From positions 1 to 53,393 of the forward strand of contig CAVKZO010000003.1 of the NCBI GenBank assembly GCA_963661135.1: a stretch of DNA of 53,393 nucleotides, read 5' to 3'. The position numbers and the translations under genes are program-made. The notes below the pieces were generated by a model, which saw only the letters and a program-made list of their open reading frames with translations, did not search any database and was not told the DNA's origin. The DNA comes from Lachnospiraceae bacterium (GTDB taxonomy: Bacteria; Bacillota_I; Bacilli_A; RFN20; CAG-826). Shown in pieces: positions 1 to 10,754 of this stretch (within the stretch, counting starts at the first letter, position 1; each line of letters begins with the position of its first letter).

Positions 1-9
1 AAGTATGAA

Positions 10-39
10 AAAATCAGTATATTTTAAAATACTGATTTT
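10..39 (-). terminator. Second hairpin downstream of rpoC (11-bp stem, 8-nt loop)
   Basis: There is a perfect inverted repeat, aaaatcagtat (10-20) and atactgatttt (29-39). On the minus strand it runs into a T-tract. It could equally serve a convergent plus-strand gene left of the window. Confidence 0.4.
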
Positions 40-86
40 ACTTTAAGAATTTACATTAAAATTTTAAAAGATGTATGTACAAACAT

Positions 87-116
87 AAAAATAAGTGGCT
101 TTCACCACTTATTTTT
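87..116 (-). terminator. Rho-independent terminator of rpoC
   Basis: The stem is ataagtgg (91-98) and ccacttat (105-112) with loop ctttca. It is extended by aaaa/tttt flanks and starts 8 nt after the rpoC stop codon (124-126). Confidence 0.75.
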
Positions 117-123
117 AAATTTG

Positions 124-3100
124 TTAGTTATTTTCTTCTTCTGAATAAACTTCCTCGTGAGTTAAAGAATCAGATTTGAATTTGTTTGTTTCTTTTTCTT
201 CTTCTTCAGTTCTCTCATTAGGTAAGCTTTGCATTTTTGCTACTTCTGGATCAACTTTATCATCATCATAATCGACATCGTGAACGCCGATATAATGTTT
301 CTTGACTTCATCGATTCTTGAAGTTACATCGAATGCATCGACAATTGCATTTCTTTCAGCTTGAGATAATAATCCTCTACCAGCAGGAATAAGTTTACCA
401 GTGATGACGTTTTCTTTTAAACCGTGAAGTGTATCTGTCTTTCCTTTAATAGCAGCATCTGTAAGAACACGTGTTGTTTCTTGGAAGGATGCAGCTGATA
501 AGAATGATTCAGTCTCAAGAGCAGCTTTAGTAATACCAAGGATTAAACTTCTAGCGACAGCTGGATGTCCTCCATTTAATAATACTTGCTTGTTGATGTT
601 GGTGAATTCGATAGTTGAAATTCTTGTTCCAGGAATTAATTCAGTATCTCCTCCATCGACGACGATAACTTTTCTTAACATTTGTTTAACGATAACTTCA
701 ATATGTTTATCGGAAATGTTAATACCTTGGTCTTGATAGACCTTTTGAACTTCCTTGACGATATATGCTTCAACTTTTGCATTGTCGCTACATTCAAGTA
801 ATTTCTTAGGTGAGATAGCACCTTCAGTGATCTTGCCACCGTTAAGGACATGATCGTTGATTTTGACTCTAAGTCTTGCACCATAGTTAGTAGTGTATTC
901 TTTTTCGTCATTATCATTTTTAACAGTAACTGTATAGACACCGCCTTTTTCGACGATATTTGTGACAGTACCTTCAATTTCACTAATTAAAGCTTCACCT
1001 TTAGGGTTTCTAGCTTCAAATAATTCTTGAACTCTAGGTAAACCTTGAGTGATATCTTCGTTAGTAGCAACACCGCCTGAATGGAAGGTTCTCATAGTAA
1101 GTTGGGTACCAGGTTCACCGATTGATTGAGCAGCCATAATACCGACAGCTTCACCAATTTCAACTGGTTTACCACTTGCTAAGTTGATACCATAACAATG
1201 TTGACAGACACCATCTTTTGTTTCACATCCGAATAAGCTTCTAATTTCTACTTTAGTAATACCAGCTTTTTCAATCTTACTAGCGATTTCTTCAGTGATT
1301 AATTTATTGCCTTCAATAATAATTTCTCCGCTATTTGGATCGATTACATCGTGGCAAGAGAATCTACCAACCAATCTATCTTTTAATTTAACAAGGACTC
1401 TATCTTGAGCTTTATCTACGATAGCTTCAACGACAGTTCCGTGATCTGTATGACAATCTTCTTCTCTGACGATAACGTCTTGAGAAACATCGACAAGTCT
1501 ACGAGTTAAGTAACCTGAGTCAGCAGTTTTTAAAGCGGTATCAGCTCCACCTTTTCTAGCACCGTGAGTACCAGTGAAGAACTCTGAAACGTTAAGTCCT
1601 TCACGGAAACATGATTTAACAGGGATTTCGATAGTGTCACCACTAGTTGATGACATAAGACCTCTCATACCCATAAGTTGAGTAAAGTTAGAGTCACTAC
1701 CACGAGCTCCTGAGTTCCACATGATGTAAAGTGGGTTTCTTGTATCGCTTGCTAATTTATTCTTAACATCTTTTTTGATTTGATCACCAGCTTTGCTCCA
1801 AACTTCACAAACTTGTTTATGTCTTTCTTCTTCAGTTAAGAATCCTTCTTCGAATAATTCGTTTATTAAGTTAACTTTCTTATCACCATCTTCAACGATT
1901 GTTTCCTTAGTATCGACGACATTAATATCACTTAAAGCGACAGTTAACCCACTTATTGTTGAATATTTGTAACCTTGGTCTTTAATTTTATCAAGGATAG
2001 CACTTGTCTTTTCAGTTCCATATTTATGGTAAACTGCATCGATAATTGCTGTAATGTTCTTTTTAATAATTGGAGCCTTAATAGGTAAATTAGCGATATA
2101 TTCTTTAATATTTGTTCCTTTTGGTACAAAGTATTCATCTAAATCACTAACTAAGTTTCTAGGATCGTTACTATTTATATATGGGAAATCTTTAGGGAAT
2201 GCAAAGTTGAAGATAACTTTACCGACAGTAGTAATTAAATAACCATCCATCATCTTTTCACTGAAGCAAACCTTTTTCATACTTGAACCACGAAGTGCGA
2301 TACGTGTATGAATATTGATGATTCCTTCTTCGTAAACTTTGACGACTTCGTCCATATCTTTAAAGACTTTACCTTCAAGTTTAGCGAATTCTCTAAATTT
2401 TTCAGCTTCTTTTAAATCACCGACCTTTTCAAATTTTCTTGCTTTATTTTCAAAATCTTGTTGGTTAGCTTCCATTGTTAAATAGTAATTACCAATAAGG
2501 ATATCTTGTCCAGGAGTGACGATAGGTTTACCATCTTTTGGAGCAAGAATATTATTACTTGCAAGCATTAAGTCGACAGCTTCTTCTTGAGCAGCTTTTC
2601 CTAATGGGACGTGAACTGCCATTTGGTCACCATCGAAGTCAGCGTTGAATCCAGTACAAACAAGAGGATGTAATCTTATAGCTCTTCCTTCAACAAGTAC
2701 TGGTTGGAAAGCTTGAATACCTAATCTATGAAGAGTAGGAGCACGGTTTAATAATACTGGGTGTTGTGAGATGATTTGTTCAACTGCATCATAAACATCA
2801 GCATCACGTGCATCGATTTTTTTATCTGCTTGTCTATTCATTAAACATTTACCGTTTTTAACAAGTAAAGCAGCGATAAATGGTCTTAAAAGGTTAATTG
2901 CCATCTCTCTAGGTAATCCACATTGATACATTCTAAGTTGTGGACCGATAGCGATAACACTACGTCCTGAATAGTCGACACGTTTGCCTAATAAGTTTTG
3001 TCTAAATCTACCTTGTTTACCTTTTAAAGCAGCAGATAATGATTTTAAAGGTCTACCTTTAACACCAGTTACAGGTTTTCCATTACGTCTTCCGTTATCG

Positions 3101-4122
3101 ATTAAAGCATCGACAGCTTCTTGAACCATTCTCTTTTCGTTATATAACATAACGCTAGGAGCGTTCATATCACTTAATTTCTTTAAACGATTGTTACGGA
3201 TAATAATACGTCTATATAAATCGTTTAAATCGTTATTAGCAAGTCTTCCACCTTCAAGTTGTAACATAGGTCTAAGATCTGGAGGTATGACAGGAAGAGT
3301 GTCAAGAATCATCCATTCAGGTTTATTTCCTGATTTAATGAATGCATCTAAAACCTCTAATCTCTTTGTTAATTTAGTTAATTTTTGACCAGTGCTACCT
3401 TTAATTTCTTTATTGACAGCATTAAATTCTTCTTTTAAATCAACTTCTTTTAATAATCTTTTAATAGCTTCTGCACCTTCGCCAAATTCAGCGTGTGTCA
3501 TATCGCTAATATATTGGGAGATTTCATCATAAGCAAAGATTGAATTTGGTGTTTCAAGTTCTTTCTTATAACTTTCTCCAGTTAAATATTCTGATGAATC
3601 ATGATCTTCAATACCATCTAAGATCTCATTGATAGCACCTAAGAAAATTACTTTTCCTTCTCTATCATCGATAAATTGTTTATATTTAAGTGCTTTACAT
3701 GTACCTGGATTTAAACAGATATGAGCACTGAAATAGATAATTTCTTCAAGTTGTTTAGCATTGATATCCAACACTAAACCCATTCTTGAAGGAATACCTT
3801 TTAAATACCAGATGTGAGAACATGGTGTAGCGAGCTCAATGTGGCCCATTCTCTCTCTTCTAACATCTTTTGAGATAACTTCGACACCACATTTTTCGCA
3901 AACTACGCCTTGATAACGGATCTTTTTATATTTTCCGCAATGACATTCGTAATCCTTACTAGGACCAAAAATCTTTTCGCAGAATAATCCGTCCATCTCT
4001 GGCTTTAAACTTCTATAATTAATAGTTTCAGGTTTTGTAACTTCACCGTGAGACCATTCTCTAATCTTTTCAGGGGAAGCTAATCCTACTTTAATACTAG
4101 CTAAATCATTAACATTAAACAT
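124..4122 (-). CDS. rpoC: DNA-directed RNA polymerase subunit beta'
   Basis: The translation carries the catalytic [12 protein letters not shown] motif and Zn-finger cysteines (CHCGKY...CEKCGVEV). It follows rpoB. I place the start at ATG 4122 (MFNVNDL...), 8 nt after GGAGG (4131-4135). The ORF-track start at 4137 is a GTG that overlaps this SD. ATG 4128 is an alternative start. Confidence 0.97.
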   Translation of the reverse strand: MFNVNDLASIKVGLASPEKIREWSHGEVTKPETINYRSLKPEMDGLFCEKIFGPSKDYECHCGKYKKIRYQGVVCEKCGVEVISKDVRRERMGHIELATPCSHIWYLKGIPSRMGLVLDINAKQLEEIIYFSAHICLNPGTCKALKYKQFIDDREGKVIFLGAINEILDGIEDHDSSEYLTGESYKKELETPNSIFAYDEISQYISDMTHAEFGEGAEAIKRLLKEVDLKEEFNAVNKEIKGSTGQKLTKLTKRLEVLDAFIKSGNKPEWMILDTLPVIPPDLRPMLQLEGGRLANNDLNDLYRRIIIRNNRLKKLSDMNAPSVMLYNEKRMVQEAVDALIDNGRRNGKPVTGVKGRPLKSLSAALKGKQGRFRQNLLGKRVDYSGRSVIAIGPQLRMYQCGLPREMAINLLRPFIAALLVKNGKCLMNRQADKKIDARDADVYDAVEQIISQHPVLLNRAPTLHRLGIQAFQPVLVEGRAIRLHPLVCTGFNADFDGDQMAVHVPLGKAAQEEAVDLMLASNNILAPKDGKPIVTPGQDILIGNYYLTMEANQQDFENKARKFEKVGDLKEAEKFREFAKLEGKVFKDMDEVVKVYEEGIINIHTRIALRGSSMKKVCFSEKMMDGYLITTVGKVIFNFAFPKDFPYINSNDPRNLVSDLDEYFVPKGTNIKEYIANLPIKAPIIKKNITAIIDAVYHKYGTEKTSAILDKIKDQGYKYSTISGLTVALSDINVVDTKETIVEDGDKKVNLINELFEEGFLTEEERHKQVCEVWSKAGDQIKKDVKNKLASDTRNPLYIMWNSGARGSDSNFTQLMGMRGLMSSTSGDTIEIPVKSCFREGLNVSEFFTGTHGARKGGADTALKTADSGYLTRRLVDVSQDVIVREEDCHTDHGTVVEAIVDKAQDRVLVKLKDRLVGRFSCHDVIDPNSGEIIIEGNKLITEEIASKIEKAGITKVEIRSLFGCETKDGVCQHCYGINLASGKPVEIGEAVGIMAAQSIGEPGTQLTMRTFHSGGVATNEDITQGLPRVQELFEARNPKGEALISEIEGTVTNIVEKGGVYTVTVKNDNDEKEYTTNYGARLRVKINDHVLNGGKITEGAISPKKLLECSDNAKVEAYIVKEVQKVYQDQGINISDKHIEVIVKQMLRKVIVVDGGDTELIPGTRISTIEFTNINKQVLLNGGHPAVARSLILGITKAALETESFLSAASFQETTRVLTDAAIKGKTDTLHGLKENVITGKLIPAGRGLLSQAERNAIVDAFDVTSRIDEVKKHYIGVHDVDYDDDKVDPEVAKMQSLPNERTEEEEKETNKFKSDSLTHEEVYSEEENN

Positions 4123-4136
4123 TTTCATAACCTCCA

Positions 4137-7100
4137 CTATAATCCAAGCGTATCTTCATTTGATTCTTCATCAGATTCAGATTCTTTTTCAATATAACCA
4201 ACTTCTTCTTCGCTATGGTTGATTTCACCGTATATTGCTTTCATACTACGATGTTCTTCTTTTTGACCTTGTCTAGCGATAGCGTCCATATCGATTTCTT
4301 TACCTTGCTTATCGATAAGCTCAACATCGAGTCCAAGACCCATCAACTCTTTAGTTAAAACTTTAAATGCTTCTGGGATTGTTGGTTTTGGTAATGGTTT
4401 TGATTTGAATATAGATTCGTAAGCCTTCTTTCTTCCGACTCTATCATCTGATTTGATAGTCATCATTTCTTGAAGTGTATAAGCAGCACCGTAAGCTTCA
4501 AGAGCCCAGACTTCCATTTCACCAAATCTTTGACCACCATTTTGTGCTTTACCACCTAAAGGTTGTTGTGTGACCATTGAGTAAGGTCCAACAGCACGAG
4601 CGTGTAACTTATCATCGACCATGTGAACAAGTTTAATCATATACATGACACCGACATTGATACGGTCATCAAATCTTTCACCTGTTCTACCATCGTAAAG
4701 TGTATATTTTCCATCGCTTGGGATATTTGCTTCGTCCATTAATTGTTTGATTTCATCCATACTGATTCCATCAAAAACTGGAGTAGCAACTTTTAATCCA
4801 CCAAGTTTTTTACAAGCCATACCTAAATGAACTTCAAGAATTTGTCCGATGTTCATACGGCTAGGAACACCTTGTGGGTTTAAAAGAATATCAACAGGGG
4901 TACCATCTTCTAAATATGGCATATCTTGTTGTGGGACAATACGAGAGATGACACCTTTATTACCGTGTCTACCACTCATCTTATCACCTTCAGAAATCTT
5001 ACGTTTTTGAACGACGTAAACTCTAACTTTCATATTGACACCAGCATCGAGTTCATCGCCATTTTCACGAGTGAAAATCTTGACATCTAATACTGTCCCA
5101 GCTCCACCGTGAGGAATTCTTAAGCTGTTGTCTTTTCCTTCTTTAGATCTATCACCGAAGATAGCATCTAATAATTTTTGATCTGGTGTAGGTTCTGTTT
5201 GTCCTTTTGGAGTAACTTTACCAACTAAAATATCACCTTCTTTAACATCTGTTCCTGGAATTACAATACCACGAGAATCGAGATGTGCTTTGCTTTCTGC
5301 GCTAATATTTGGAACATCAGCAGTGATGATTTCTTCACCATTTTTTGTATCTCTACATTCGATATCGTAAGATTCGATATGAATTGTAGTATAAACGTCA
5401 TCTTTAACAAGTCTATCACTCATGATGACAGCGTCTTCGTAGTTGAGACCCTCCCAAGTCATAAATGCGACGACAACGTTTTGACCTAAAGCTAAGTCAC
5501 CATTATCCATACTTGGACCATCAGCGATAATTTGTCCTTTTTTAACAGCATCACCTTTATGGACGATACTTCTTTGATTGATGCATGTGCCTTGGTTGCT
5601 ACCTTTAAATTTTTGAAGGCTATATGTTCTTAATCCTTCTTTTTCTTGAATCTTAATTTCAGTTGAATCAGAGTAAGTTACTACGCCATCTTCACTTGCA
5701 ACAACTGCTAATCCACTATCTTTAGCGATAGTATTTTCTAAACCTGTTCCAACAAATGGAGCATGTGGTCTAAGTAAAGGTAAAGCTTGACGTTGCATGT
5801 TAGCACCCATCAAAGCACGGGTATTATCATCGTTTTCAAGGAATGGAATACAAGCTGCAGCAACTGAGACGATTTGCATTGGAGATTCATCGACGAAGTC
5901 GACATCTTCCCTAGCAGCTAAAATGTTTTGACCATTGAATCTAGCGACGACTCTATCTCCGTGAAGATAGCCATCTTTAATATCATCTCTTGTAGCTTGA
6001 GCGATGATATGATCGTTTTCATCTTCAGCTGATAAATAAACTGCGTCTTCTAAAATTTCTCCAGTTTCTTTATTTACTGGTCTATATGGAGTTTCGATAA
6101 ATCCGTACTTATCAATACGAGCATATGTAGCAAGGTTATTGATTAAACCGATATTTTGACCTTCAGGTGTTTCGATAGGACAGATACGACCATAATGAGT
6201 AAAGTGAACATCACGGACTTCCATACTCGCTCTATCACGAGCTAAACCACCAGGTCCTAAAGCTGAAATTCTTCTTTTGTTAGCAAGTTCAGCTAATGGG
6301 TTTGTTTGATCCATAAATTGAGATAATTGAGAACTTGCAAAGAATTCGTTAATTGCACTTGTTAAAGGCTTAATTGAAATTAAACTCTTAACGTTGAAGT
6401 TATTTCCTTCAGAAGCATTGCCGCTGATAGAAATCTTCTTATCTGTATTTTTAATAATTTTTGTTAAACCAATTCTAAATTGTGTTTGAATAAGTTCGCC
6501 GACACTTCTAATTCTTCTATTGGATAAGTGATCAATATCGTCAGTATTTCCGAATCCATCCATTAAATTTAAGAAGTAAGAGAAGATAGAAAGAATATCG
6601 CTTAATGTAATTCTTGCGATTGTTGAATTTAAATCAGTACCGATTACAGTAGATACGACATCTTTATTTTCATTACTATAAACTTTAACAATATTTACAA
6701 TTGTTCTTTCAATATTTTCAGGATTATCGCTATTTACGATAGCCATATCCTTTAATAATGCTTTGTTCATATGATCTGTTAAATCATATTGGTGAGCACC
6801 TTTTTCAAAGAACTCTTCTTCTTTAAGTGCTTCAACCATTTCTTTAGTTAAATATGTGCCTTTTTCGTAAACGATTTCTCCATCGCTAGAAATTAAATCT
6901 TCAGCGATATATCTTTCGATTAAACGGTCATAAATTCCTAATTTGTTGTTGTATTTAAATCTACCTGCAACACCTAAATCGTATCTTTTACTATCAAAGA
7001 ATTTTTGTACTAAGAAAGAGACGACACCAGCTTCAGTAATTGGTTCGCCTGGTTTTAATTTTCTAAAAATTTCTTTTAAAGCTTTAGATGCGCTATTGAT

Positions 7101-7781
7101 ATCTTTATCTTTTTCTAATGTTAATTCTAATGAATTTCTAACTCCAAAAAGATTTTTGATATCATCATCGCTTTCTAATCCGATTGCCTTTAATAAGACA
7201 CTTGCAGGCATCTTTCTTTGTCTATCAATTCTAACCCAAAGATAATTTTTAGTATCGCTTTCAAATTCAAGCCATGTACCACGGGTTGGAATTAAATCAG
7301 CGTTATATACATATTTACCTAATTTGTTATCGAAAGTCTTTGATAAATATGCTCCTGGAGATCTTACGATTTGAGATACGATAACTCTCTCTTTTCCATT
7401 GATGACGAAAGTTCCACTATCTGTCATCAAAGGGATATTTCCCATGAAAATTTCACTATCAGAGATTTGACCAGTATTTTTATCGACAAGTCTAAAAGTT
7501 ACATAGAGTGGTTTTGAATATGTTAAATCTTTTTCTTTACATTCTAAGAATGAATGTTCTGGTTCTTCTAAACGATGTGAAACGTATTCGATAGATAAAG
7601 TTTTAGAATAGTTTTCAATTGGGAAAACATCTTTTAAAACATCTTCAATACCGACATTTAAAAAGTTATTGTAAGAATCAGTTTGAATCTCAACTAAATA
7701 AGGGAGTGGTAATTTACCACTTATTTTAGAGAAATTAATACGATCATTATTAATTTTTGGATAGTCTCTATATGTTTTCAT
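4137..7781 (-). CDS. rpoB: DNA-directed RNA polymerase subunit beta
   Basis: The 1214-aa product has conserved beta-subunit blocks (GRHGNKGVISRI, NPLAELANKRRISALGPGGL). An AAGGAG SD lies 6 nt upstream of the ATG. The position between the methyltransferase gene and rpoC matches Bacillus. Confidence 0.98.
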   Translation of the reverse strand: MKTYRDYPKINNDRINFSKISGKLPLPYLVEIQTDSYNNFLNVGIEDVLKDVFPIENYSKTLSIEYVSHRLEEPEHSFLECKEKDLTYSKPLYVTFRLVDKNTGQISDSEIFMGNIPLMTDSGTFVINGKERVIVSQIVRSPGAYLSKTFDNKLGKYVYNADLIPTRGTWLEFESDTKNYLWVRIDRQRKMPASVLLKAIGLESDDDIKNLFGVRNSLELTLEKDKDINSASKALKEIFRKLKPGEPITEAGVVSFLVQKFFDSKRYDLGVAGRFKYNNKLGIYDRLIERYIAEDLISSDGEIVYEKGTYLTKEMVEALKEEEFFEKGAHQYDLTDHMNKALLKDMAIVNSDNPENIERTIVNIVKVYSNENKDVVSTVIGTDLNSTIARITLSDILSIFSYFLNLMDGFGNTDDIDHLSNRRIRSVGELIQTQFRIGLTKIIKNTDKKISISGNASEGNNFNVKSLISIKPLTSAINEFFASSQLSQFMDQTNPLAELANKRRISALGPGGLARDRASMEVRDVHFTHYGRICPIETPEGQNIGLINNLATYARIDKYGFIETPYRPVNKETGEILEDAVYLSAEDENDHIIAQATRDDIKDGYLHGDRVVARFNGQNILAAREDVDFVDESPMQIVSVAAACIPFLENDDNTRALMGANMQRQALPLLRPHAPFVGTGLENTIAKDSGLAVVASEDGVVTYSDSTEIKIQEKEGLRTYSLQKFKGSNQGTCINQRSIVHKGDAVKKGQIIADGPSMDNGDLALGQNVVVAFMTWEGLNYEDAVIMSDRLVKDDVYTTIHIESYDIECRDTKNGEEIITADVPNISAESKAHLDSRGIVIPGTDVKEGDILVGKVTPKGQTEPTPDQKLLDAIFGDRSKEGKDNSLRIPHGGAGTVLDVKIFTRENGDELDAGVNMKVRVYVVQKRKISEGDKMSGRHGNKGVISRIVPQQDMPYLEDGTPVDILLNPQGVPSRMNIGQILEVHLGMACKKLGGLKVATPVFDGISMDEIKQLMDEANIPSDGKYTLYDGRTGERFDDRINVGVMYMIKLVHMVDDKLHARAVGPYSMVTQQPLGGKAQNGGQRFGEMEVWALEAYGAAYTLQEMMTIKSDDRVGRKKAYESIFKSKPLPKPTIPEAFKVLTKELMGLGLDVELIDKQGKEIDMDAIARQGQKEEHRSMKAIYGEINHSEEEVGYIEKESESDEESNEDTLGL

Positions 7782-7804
7782 TTAATGCTCCTTTATATAA
7801 GTTT

Positions 7805-8392
7805 CTATTTAGCTAAAATCACGTAATATCCTTTTTCTTTATATATAACGCTAACGTTTTGAAATAAAGAAGAAAGATATTTCATATGAGATAAAGCGCC
7901 TTTATCTTTCCTAATAACTACATAGAAACAACCATTATCATTCAAATGCTCCTTTGCGCCTATATACATCTTATAAATAATTTCTTTTCCACAAGATATC
8001 GGTGAATTTAAACTGATAATGTCGAAAGTATCTTCGATGTTAGTGAATGAATCTGAAACGATGGTTTTACAATCTAACTTATATTTATCCTTATTTATAT
8101 TAGTGCATTCAATGCATCTAGAATTAACATCAGATAAAGTTACATCTAAGTTAGGAAATATCATTTTCATCGTTAGTCCAATCGGTCCATATCCACATCC
8201 TAAATCAAGAAAACTTCCTTTTAGATCATTACTTGCAAGCACTTTCATCAAGATAAATGTGCCCGGATCTAATCTTCTATTTGAGAAAGTATTTCTATCA
8301 GTTATTAATGTTATATTCCTATCCAAAAAGCAAAAATCTATATTTCGATATTCGTTTTTGTCGTTTGGATCGTTTATAAAGTAGTGATTCAT
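7805..8392 (-). CDS. Class I SAM-dependent methyltransferase (RsmC/YbxB-like)
   Basis: It has the SAM-binding motif LDLGCGYGPIGL. The size (195 aa) and position between rplL and rpoB match B. subtilis ybxB. Confidence 0.8.
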   Translation of the reverse strand: MNHYFINDPNDKNEYRNIDFCFLDRNITLITDRNTFSNRRLDPGTFILMKVLASNDLKGSFLDLGCGYGPIGLTMKMIFPNLDVTLSDVNSRCIECTNINKDKYKLDCKTIVSDSFTNIEDTFDIISLNSPISCGKEIIYKMYIGAKEHLNDNGCFYVVIRKDKGALSHMKYLSSLFQNVSVIYKEKGYYVILAK

Positions 8393-8410
8393 ATACTTTC
8401 TTAAATAGGC

Positions 8411-8444
8411 AAAAACCTGCCCTTAATAGATAAAGAGCAGGTTT
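8411..8444 (-). terminator. Terminator/attenuator hairpin between rplL and the methyltransferase-rpoBC genes
   Basis: The stem is aaacctgc (8413-8420) and gcaggttt (8437-8444). On the minus strand it is followed by TTTTT. A partial terminator at the rplL-rpoB junction is well known in other bacteria. Confidence 0.6.
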
Positions 8445-8459
8445 AATTGAATTTAATAA

Positions 8460-8834
8460 TTACTTAACTTCAACTTCAGCGCCAGCAGCTTCAAGAGTTT
8501 TCTTGTGTTCTTCAGCTTCAACTGGTGAAATCTTTTCTTTAATGACACTTGGGACTGCATCGACAAGTTTCTTAGCATCCATAAGTCCTAAACCTGTGAT
8601 AGCTTGGATTGCTTTGATAACTGCAACTTTAGCTGTTCCGAAGCTCTTTAATGTTAAAGTAACTTCAGTTGGTCCTTTTGGAGCTTCTTCTTCAGCAGGA
8701 GCAGCAGCACCTGCGACTGGAGCAGCAGCTGTGACTCCAAATTCTTGTTCAATAGCCTTAACTAATTCGTTAAGTTCAACGACTGTCATTTCTTTTAATG
8801 AAGCGATAAATTCTTCTGTGTTAATTTTTGCCAT
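8460..8834 (-). CDS. rplL: 50S ribosomal protein L7/L12
   Basis: The 124-aa product has an Ala-rich hinge (AAAPVAGAAAPAEEE) and a C-terminal KLVDAVP...LEAAGAEVEVK. A GGAGG SD is present. Confidence 0.97.
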   Translation of the reverse strand: MAKINTEEFIASLKEMTVVELNELVKAIEQEFGVTAAAPVAGAAAPAEEEAPKGPTEVTLTLKSFGTAKVAVIKAIQAITGLGLMDAKKLVDAVPSVIKEKISPVEAEEHKKTLEAAGAEVEVK

Positions 8835-8859
8835 AATTTTAATCCTCCGTAATTAGCAA

Positions 8860-9345
8860 TTAATTTTGTTTCTCTGCAATTTGTGAAATGCTGTAAGCTA
8901 AGTTTCTCATAGGTGCTTGAAGTACACTGAGTAACATAGAAAGCATTCCTTCTTTTGATGGTAAGTTTGCGAGAGTCTTGATGTAATCAGCATCTTTAAC
9001 TTGTCCATCGACTAATCCACCTTTAATAACTAAAGCTTCATTCTTTTTAGCAAATTTAGCTAAATCTTTTAAGCTTCCGTTAGTGGCATCTTTACAAAAA
9101 ACGAATAAGTTTGGTCCTTGTAAATAAACGTTTAAATCTTCATTTTCGCCAGTAGCTCTAGCAACTAATGTGTTTTTATAGACATTAGCATGAGCTTCTT
9201 TTTCCTTTAAAAGATGCCTTAATTCGCTCATCTTTTTAACTGTTAATCCACGGTATTCGCAGACTACGACAGCTTCACTAGCAGAAACTAAATCTTTAAC
9301 AGTATTAACAACGGATTCTTTTTCCTTTAATACGTCTTTATTCAT
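8860..9345 (-). CDS. rplJ: 50S ribosomal protein L10
   Basis: The product is 161 aa and sits immediately upstream of rplL. An AGGAGG SD is present. The motif VVCEYRGLTV is typical of L10. Confidence 0.95.
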   Translation of the reverse strand: MNKDVLKEKESVVNTVKDLVSASEAVVVCEYRGLTVKKMSELRHLLKEKEAHANVYKNTLVARATGENEDLNVYLQGPNLFVFCKDATNGSLKDLAKFAKKNEALVIKGGLVDGQVKDADYIKTLANLPSKEGMLSMLLSVLQAPMRNLAYSISQIAEKQN

Positions 9346-9481
9346 TGATTTACCTCCTAATATATTTTGAGGCTAAATATACAAATGAGGATCTATTAAC
9401 AACCTCGGTAACATTATTAAGACTATCCAATCGTCCGTTACTGTCTATGGTATATTCTGCCTTCTAAACTAATTTATTCAA
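9346..9481 (-). promoter_or_regulatory. Candidate rplJL leader (L10-leader type autoregulatory 5' UTR)
   Basis: A 136-nt non-coding gap separates rplA and rplJ, although neighbouring genes are packed within 25 nt or less. It is relatively GC-rich (ccgaggttgttaatagatcctc) and lies where L10(L12)4-binding leaders occur in Firmicutes. The structure was not verified. Confidence 0.4.
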
Positions 9482-10168
9482 TTAGATGTTGTAATCAACA
9501 CTAATTGATGGACCCATTGTTGTATGGATCTTACAAGTATTAACGTAGTTACCTTTAACAGTTTGAGGTCTTACTTTTAATATTTGTTTGATGATAGTTG
9601 TAACGTTTTCAATTAACTTATCATCTTCAAATGAAATTTTACCAACTGATAAGTTGATGTTTCCGTCTCTATCGGCTCTGTATTCAACTTTACCAGCTTT
9701 TAATTCAGATACCATTTTAGCGACATCCATTCCGACAGTGCCAGTTTTTGGGTTTGGCATCAATCCTTTAGGACCTAAAACTCTACCTGCTTTACCGATT
9801 TCACCCATCATATCTGGAGTAGCACAGATAACATCGAAATCGAACCATTTTTCAGTGATAATTTTGTCTAATAAATCTTTTCCACCGACATAATCTGCTT
9901 TAGCTTCAGTAGCTTCTTTAGCTTTAGTATTTGTTAATACTACGACTTTAACATCTTTACCAGTTCCACCAGGAAGAACGACTGTTCCTCTGATTTGTTG
10001 GTCAGCTAATTTTGTATTGATATTTAAATTGAATGAAATATCAACTGATGAATCAAATTTAACTGTAGAAGTTGTTTTTACTAATTTACATGCTTCTTCA
10101 ATTGAATAAACTTTTTTAGTATCGATCAATTTAAGAGCTGCTTGATATTTTTTACCAAATTTCTTCAT
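9482..10168 (-). CDS. rplA: 50S ribosomal protein L1
   Basis: The 228-aa product lies downstream of rplK. It has a GGAGGAAGG SD and L1 blocks (GTVVLPGGTGK, LGPKGLMPNPKTGTV). Confidence 0.97.
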   Translation of the reverse strand: MKKFGKKYQAALKLIDTKKVYSIEEACKLVKTTSTVKFDSSVDISFNLNINTKLADQQIRGTVVLPGGTGKDVKVVVLTNTKAKEATEAKADYVGGKDLLDKIITEKWFDFDVICATPDMMGEIGKAGRVLGPKGLMPNPKTGTVGMDVAKMVSELKAGKVEYRADRDGNINLSVGKISFEDDKLIENVTTIIKQILKVRPQTVKGNYVNTCKIHTTMGPSISVDYNI

Positions 10169-10182
10169 AACCTTCCTCCAAA

Positions 10183-10593
10183 TTAGTCGATGACTTCAAT
10201 GCCCATATTCTTTGCGCTTCCTTCGATGATTTTCATTGCTTGTTCAATGTCATCTGTATTCAAATCAGGAAGTTTGTATTGAGCGATTTCCTTAATTTGT
10301 GCTTTAGTAACTTTACCAACGATAGTTTTTTGGTTGCTAGCACCTTTTTGAATTCCTGCAGCTTTGAGTAAAAGACCTGTAACTGGAGATGTTTTGATTT
10401 CCATCTCGAATGTCTTATCTTCAAATGCAGTGATAATAACTGGGACGACTTGTCCTTTTCTGTCTGCTGTCTTAGCGTTAAATTCTGTACAGAACTTTGG
10501 CATAACGACACCAGCACTTGCAAGTTTTGGTCCTGGTTTAGCTTCTCCACCAGGAAGTTCCATCTTGACAACTTTTGCGACTTTTTTTGCCAT
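10183..10593 (-). CDS. rplK: 50S ribosomal protein L11
   Basis: The 136-aa product has an L11 N-terminal block (PGGEAKPGPKLASAGV). An AAGGAG SD is present. The nusG-rplK-rplA order is conserved. Confidence 0.97.
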   Translation of the reverse strand: MAKKVAKVVKMELPGGEAKPGPKLASAGVVMPKFCTEFNAKTADRKGQVVPVIITAFEDKTFEMEIKTSPVTGLLLKAAGIQKGASNQKTIVGKVTKAQIKEIAQYKLPDLNTDDIEQAMKIIEGSAKNMGIEVID

Positions 10594-10663
10594 TTTGAAA
10601 TTCTCCTTTCACAATAGTTTGTAGTATGAAGTAGTTCGCCTCTTCTCCTACATTTTTTACATT

Positions 10664-10688
10664 CGCGTGTCCGTATACATAACACGCG
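10664..10688 (-). promoter_or_regulatory. GC-rich hairpin at the 5' end of the rplKA leader
   Basis: The 7-bp stem is cgcgtgt (10664-10670) and acacgcg (10682-10688) with an 11-nt loop. It begins at about the predicted transcription start, 70-95 nt upstream of the rplK ATG. It may be an L1 autoregulatory site; this is an inference only. Confidence 0.35.
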
Positions 10689-10694
10689 TGTTTT

Positions 10695-10723
10695 ATTATA
10701 TATAAAAAGCCGCTCTTAATCAA
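10695..10723 (-). promoter_or_regulatory. Putative sigma-A promoter of rplKA
   Basis: The minus strand reads TTGATT, a 17-nt spacer, then TATAAT. The -35 hexamer sits in the loop of the nusG terminator hairpin. Confidence 0.5.
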
Positions 10724-10733
10724 GCGGTTTTTT
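10704..10733 (-). terminator. Weak terminator after nusG
   Basis: The core stem is ccgct/agcgg with A/T-rich extensions. On the minus strand it is followed by CTTTTT. One C-A mismatch weakens the extension on the minus strand. Confidence 0.45.
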
Positions 10734-10754
10734 AATATTCGAGAATAAATTTGA

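Noticed and set aside
4123-4137. The GTG start of rpoC at 4137 from the ORF track (MEVMKMFNV...).
   Set aside because: The GGAGG SD lies inside those first codons. ATG 4122 has an 8-nt spacing and gives an N-terminus that aligns with other RpoC proteins.
8503-8856. A 117-aa plus-strand ORF antisense to rplL.
   Set aside because: It is a shadow ORF. The GCN/GAA-rich rplL sequence lacks stop codons on the opposite strand, and the product is low-complexity Ala/Ser with no SD.
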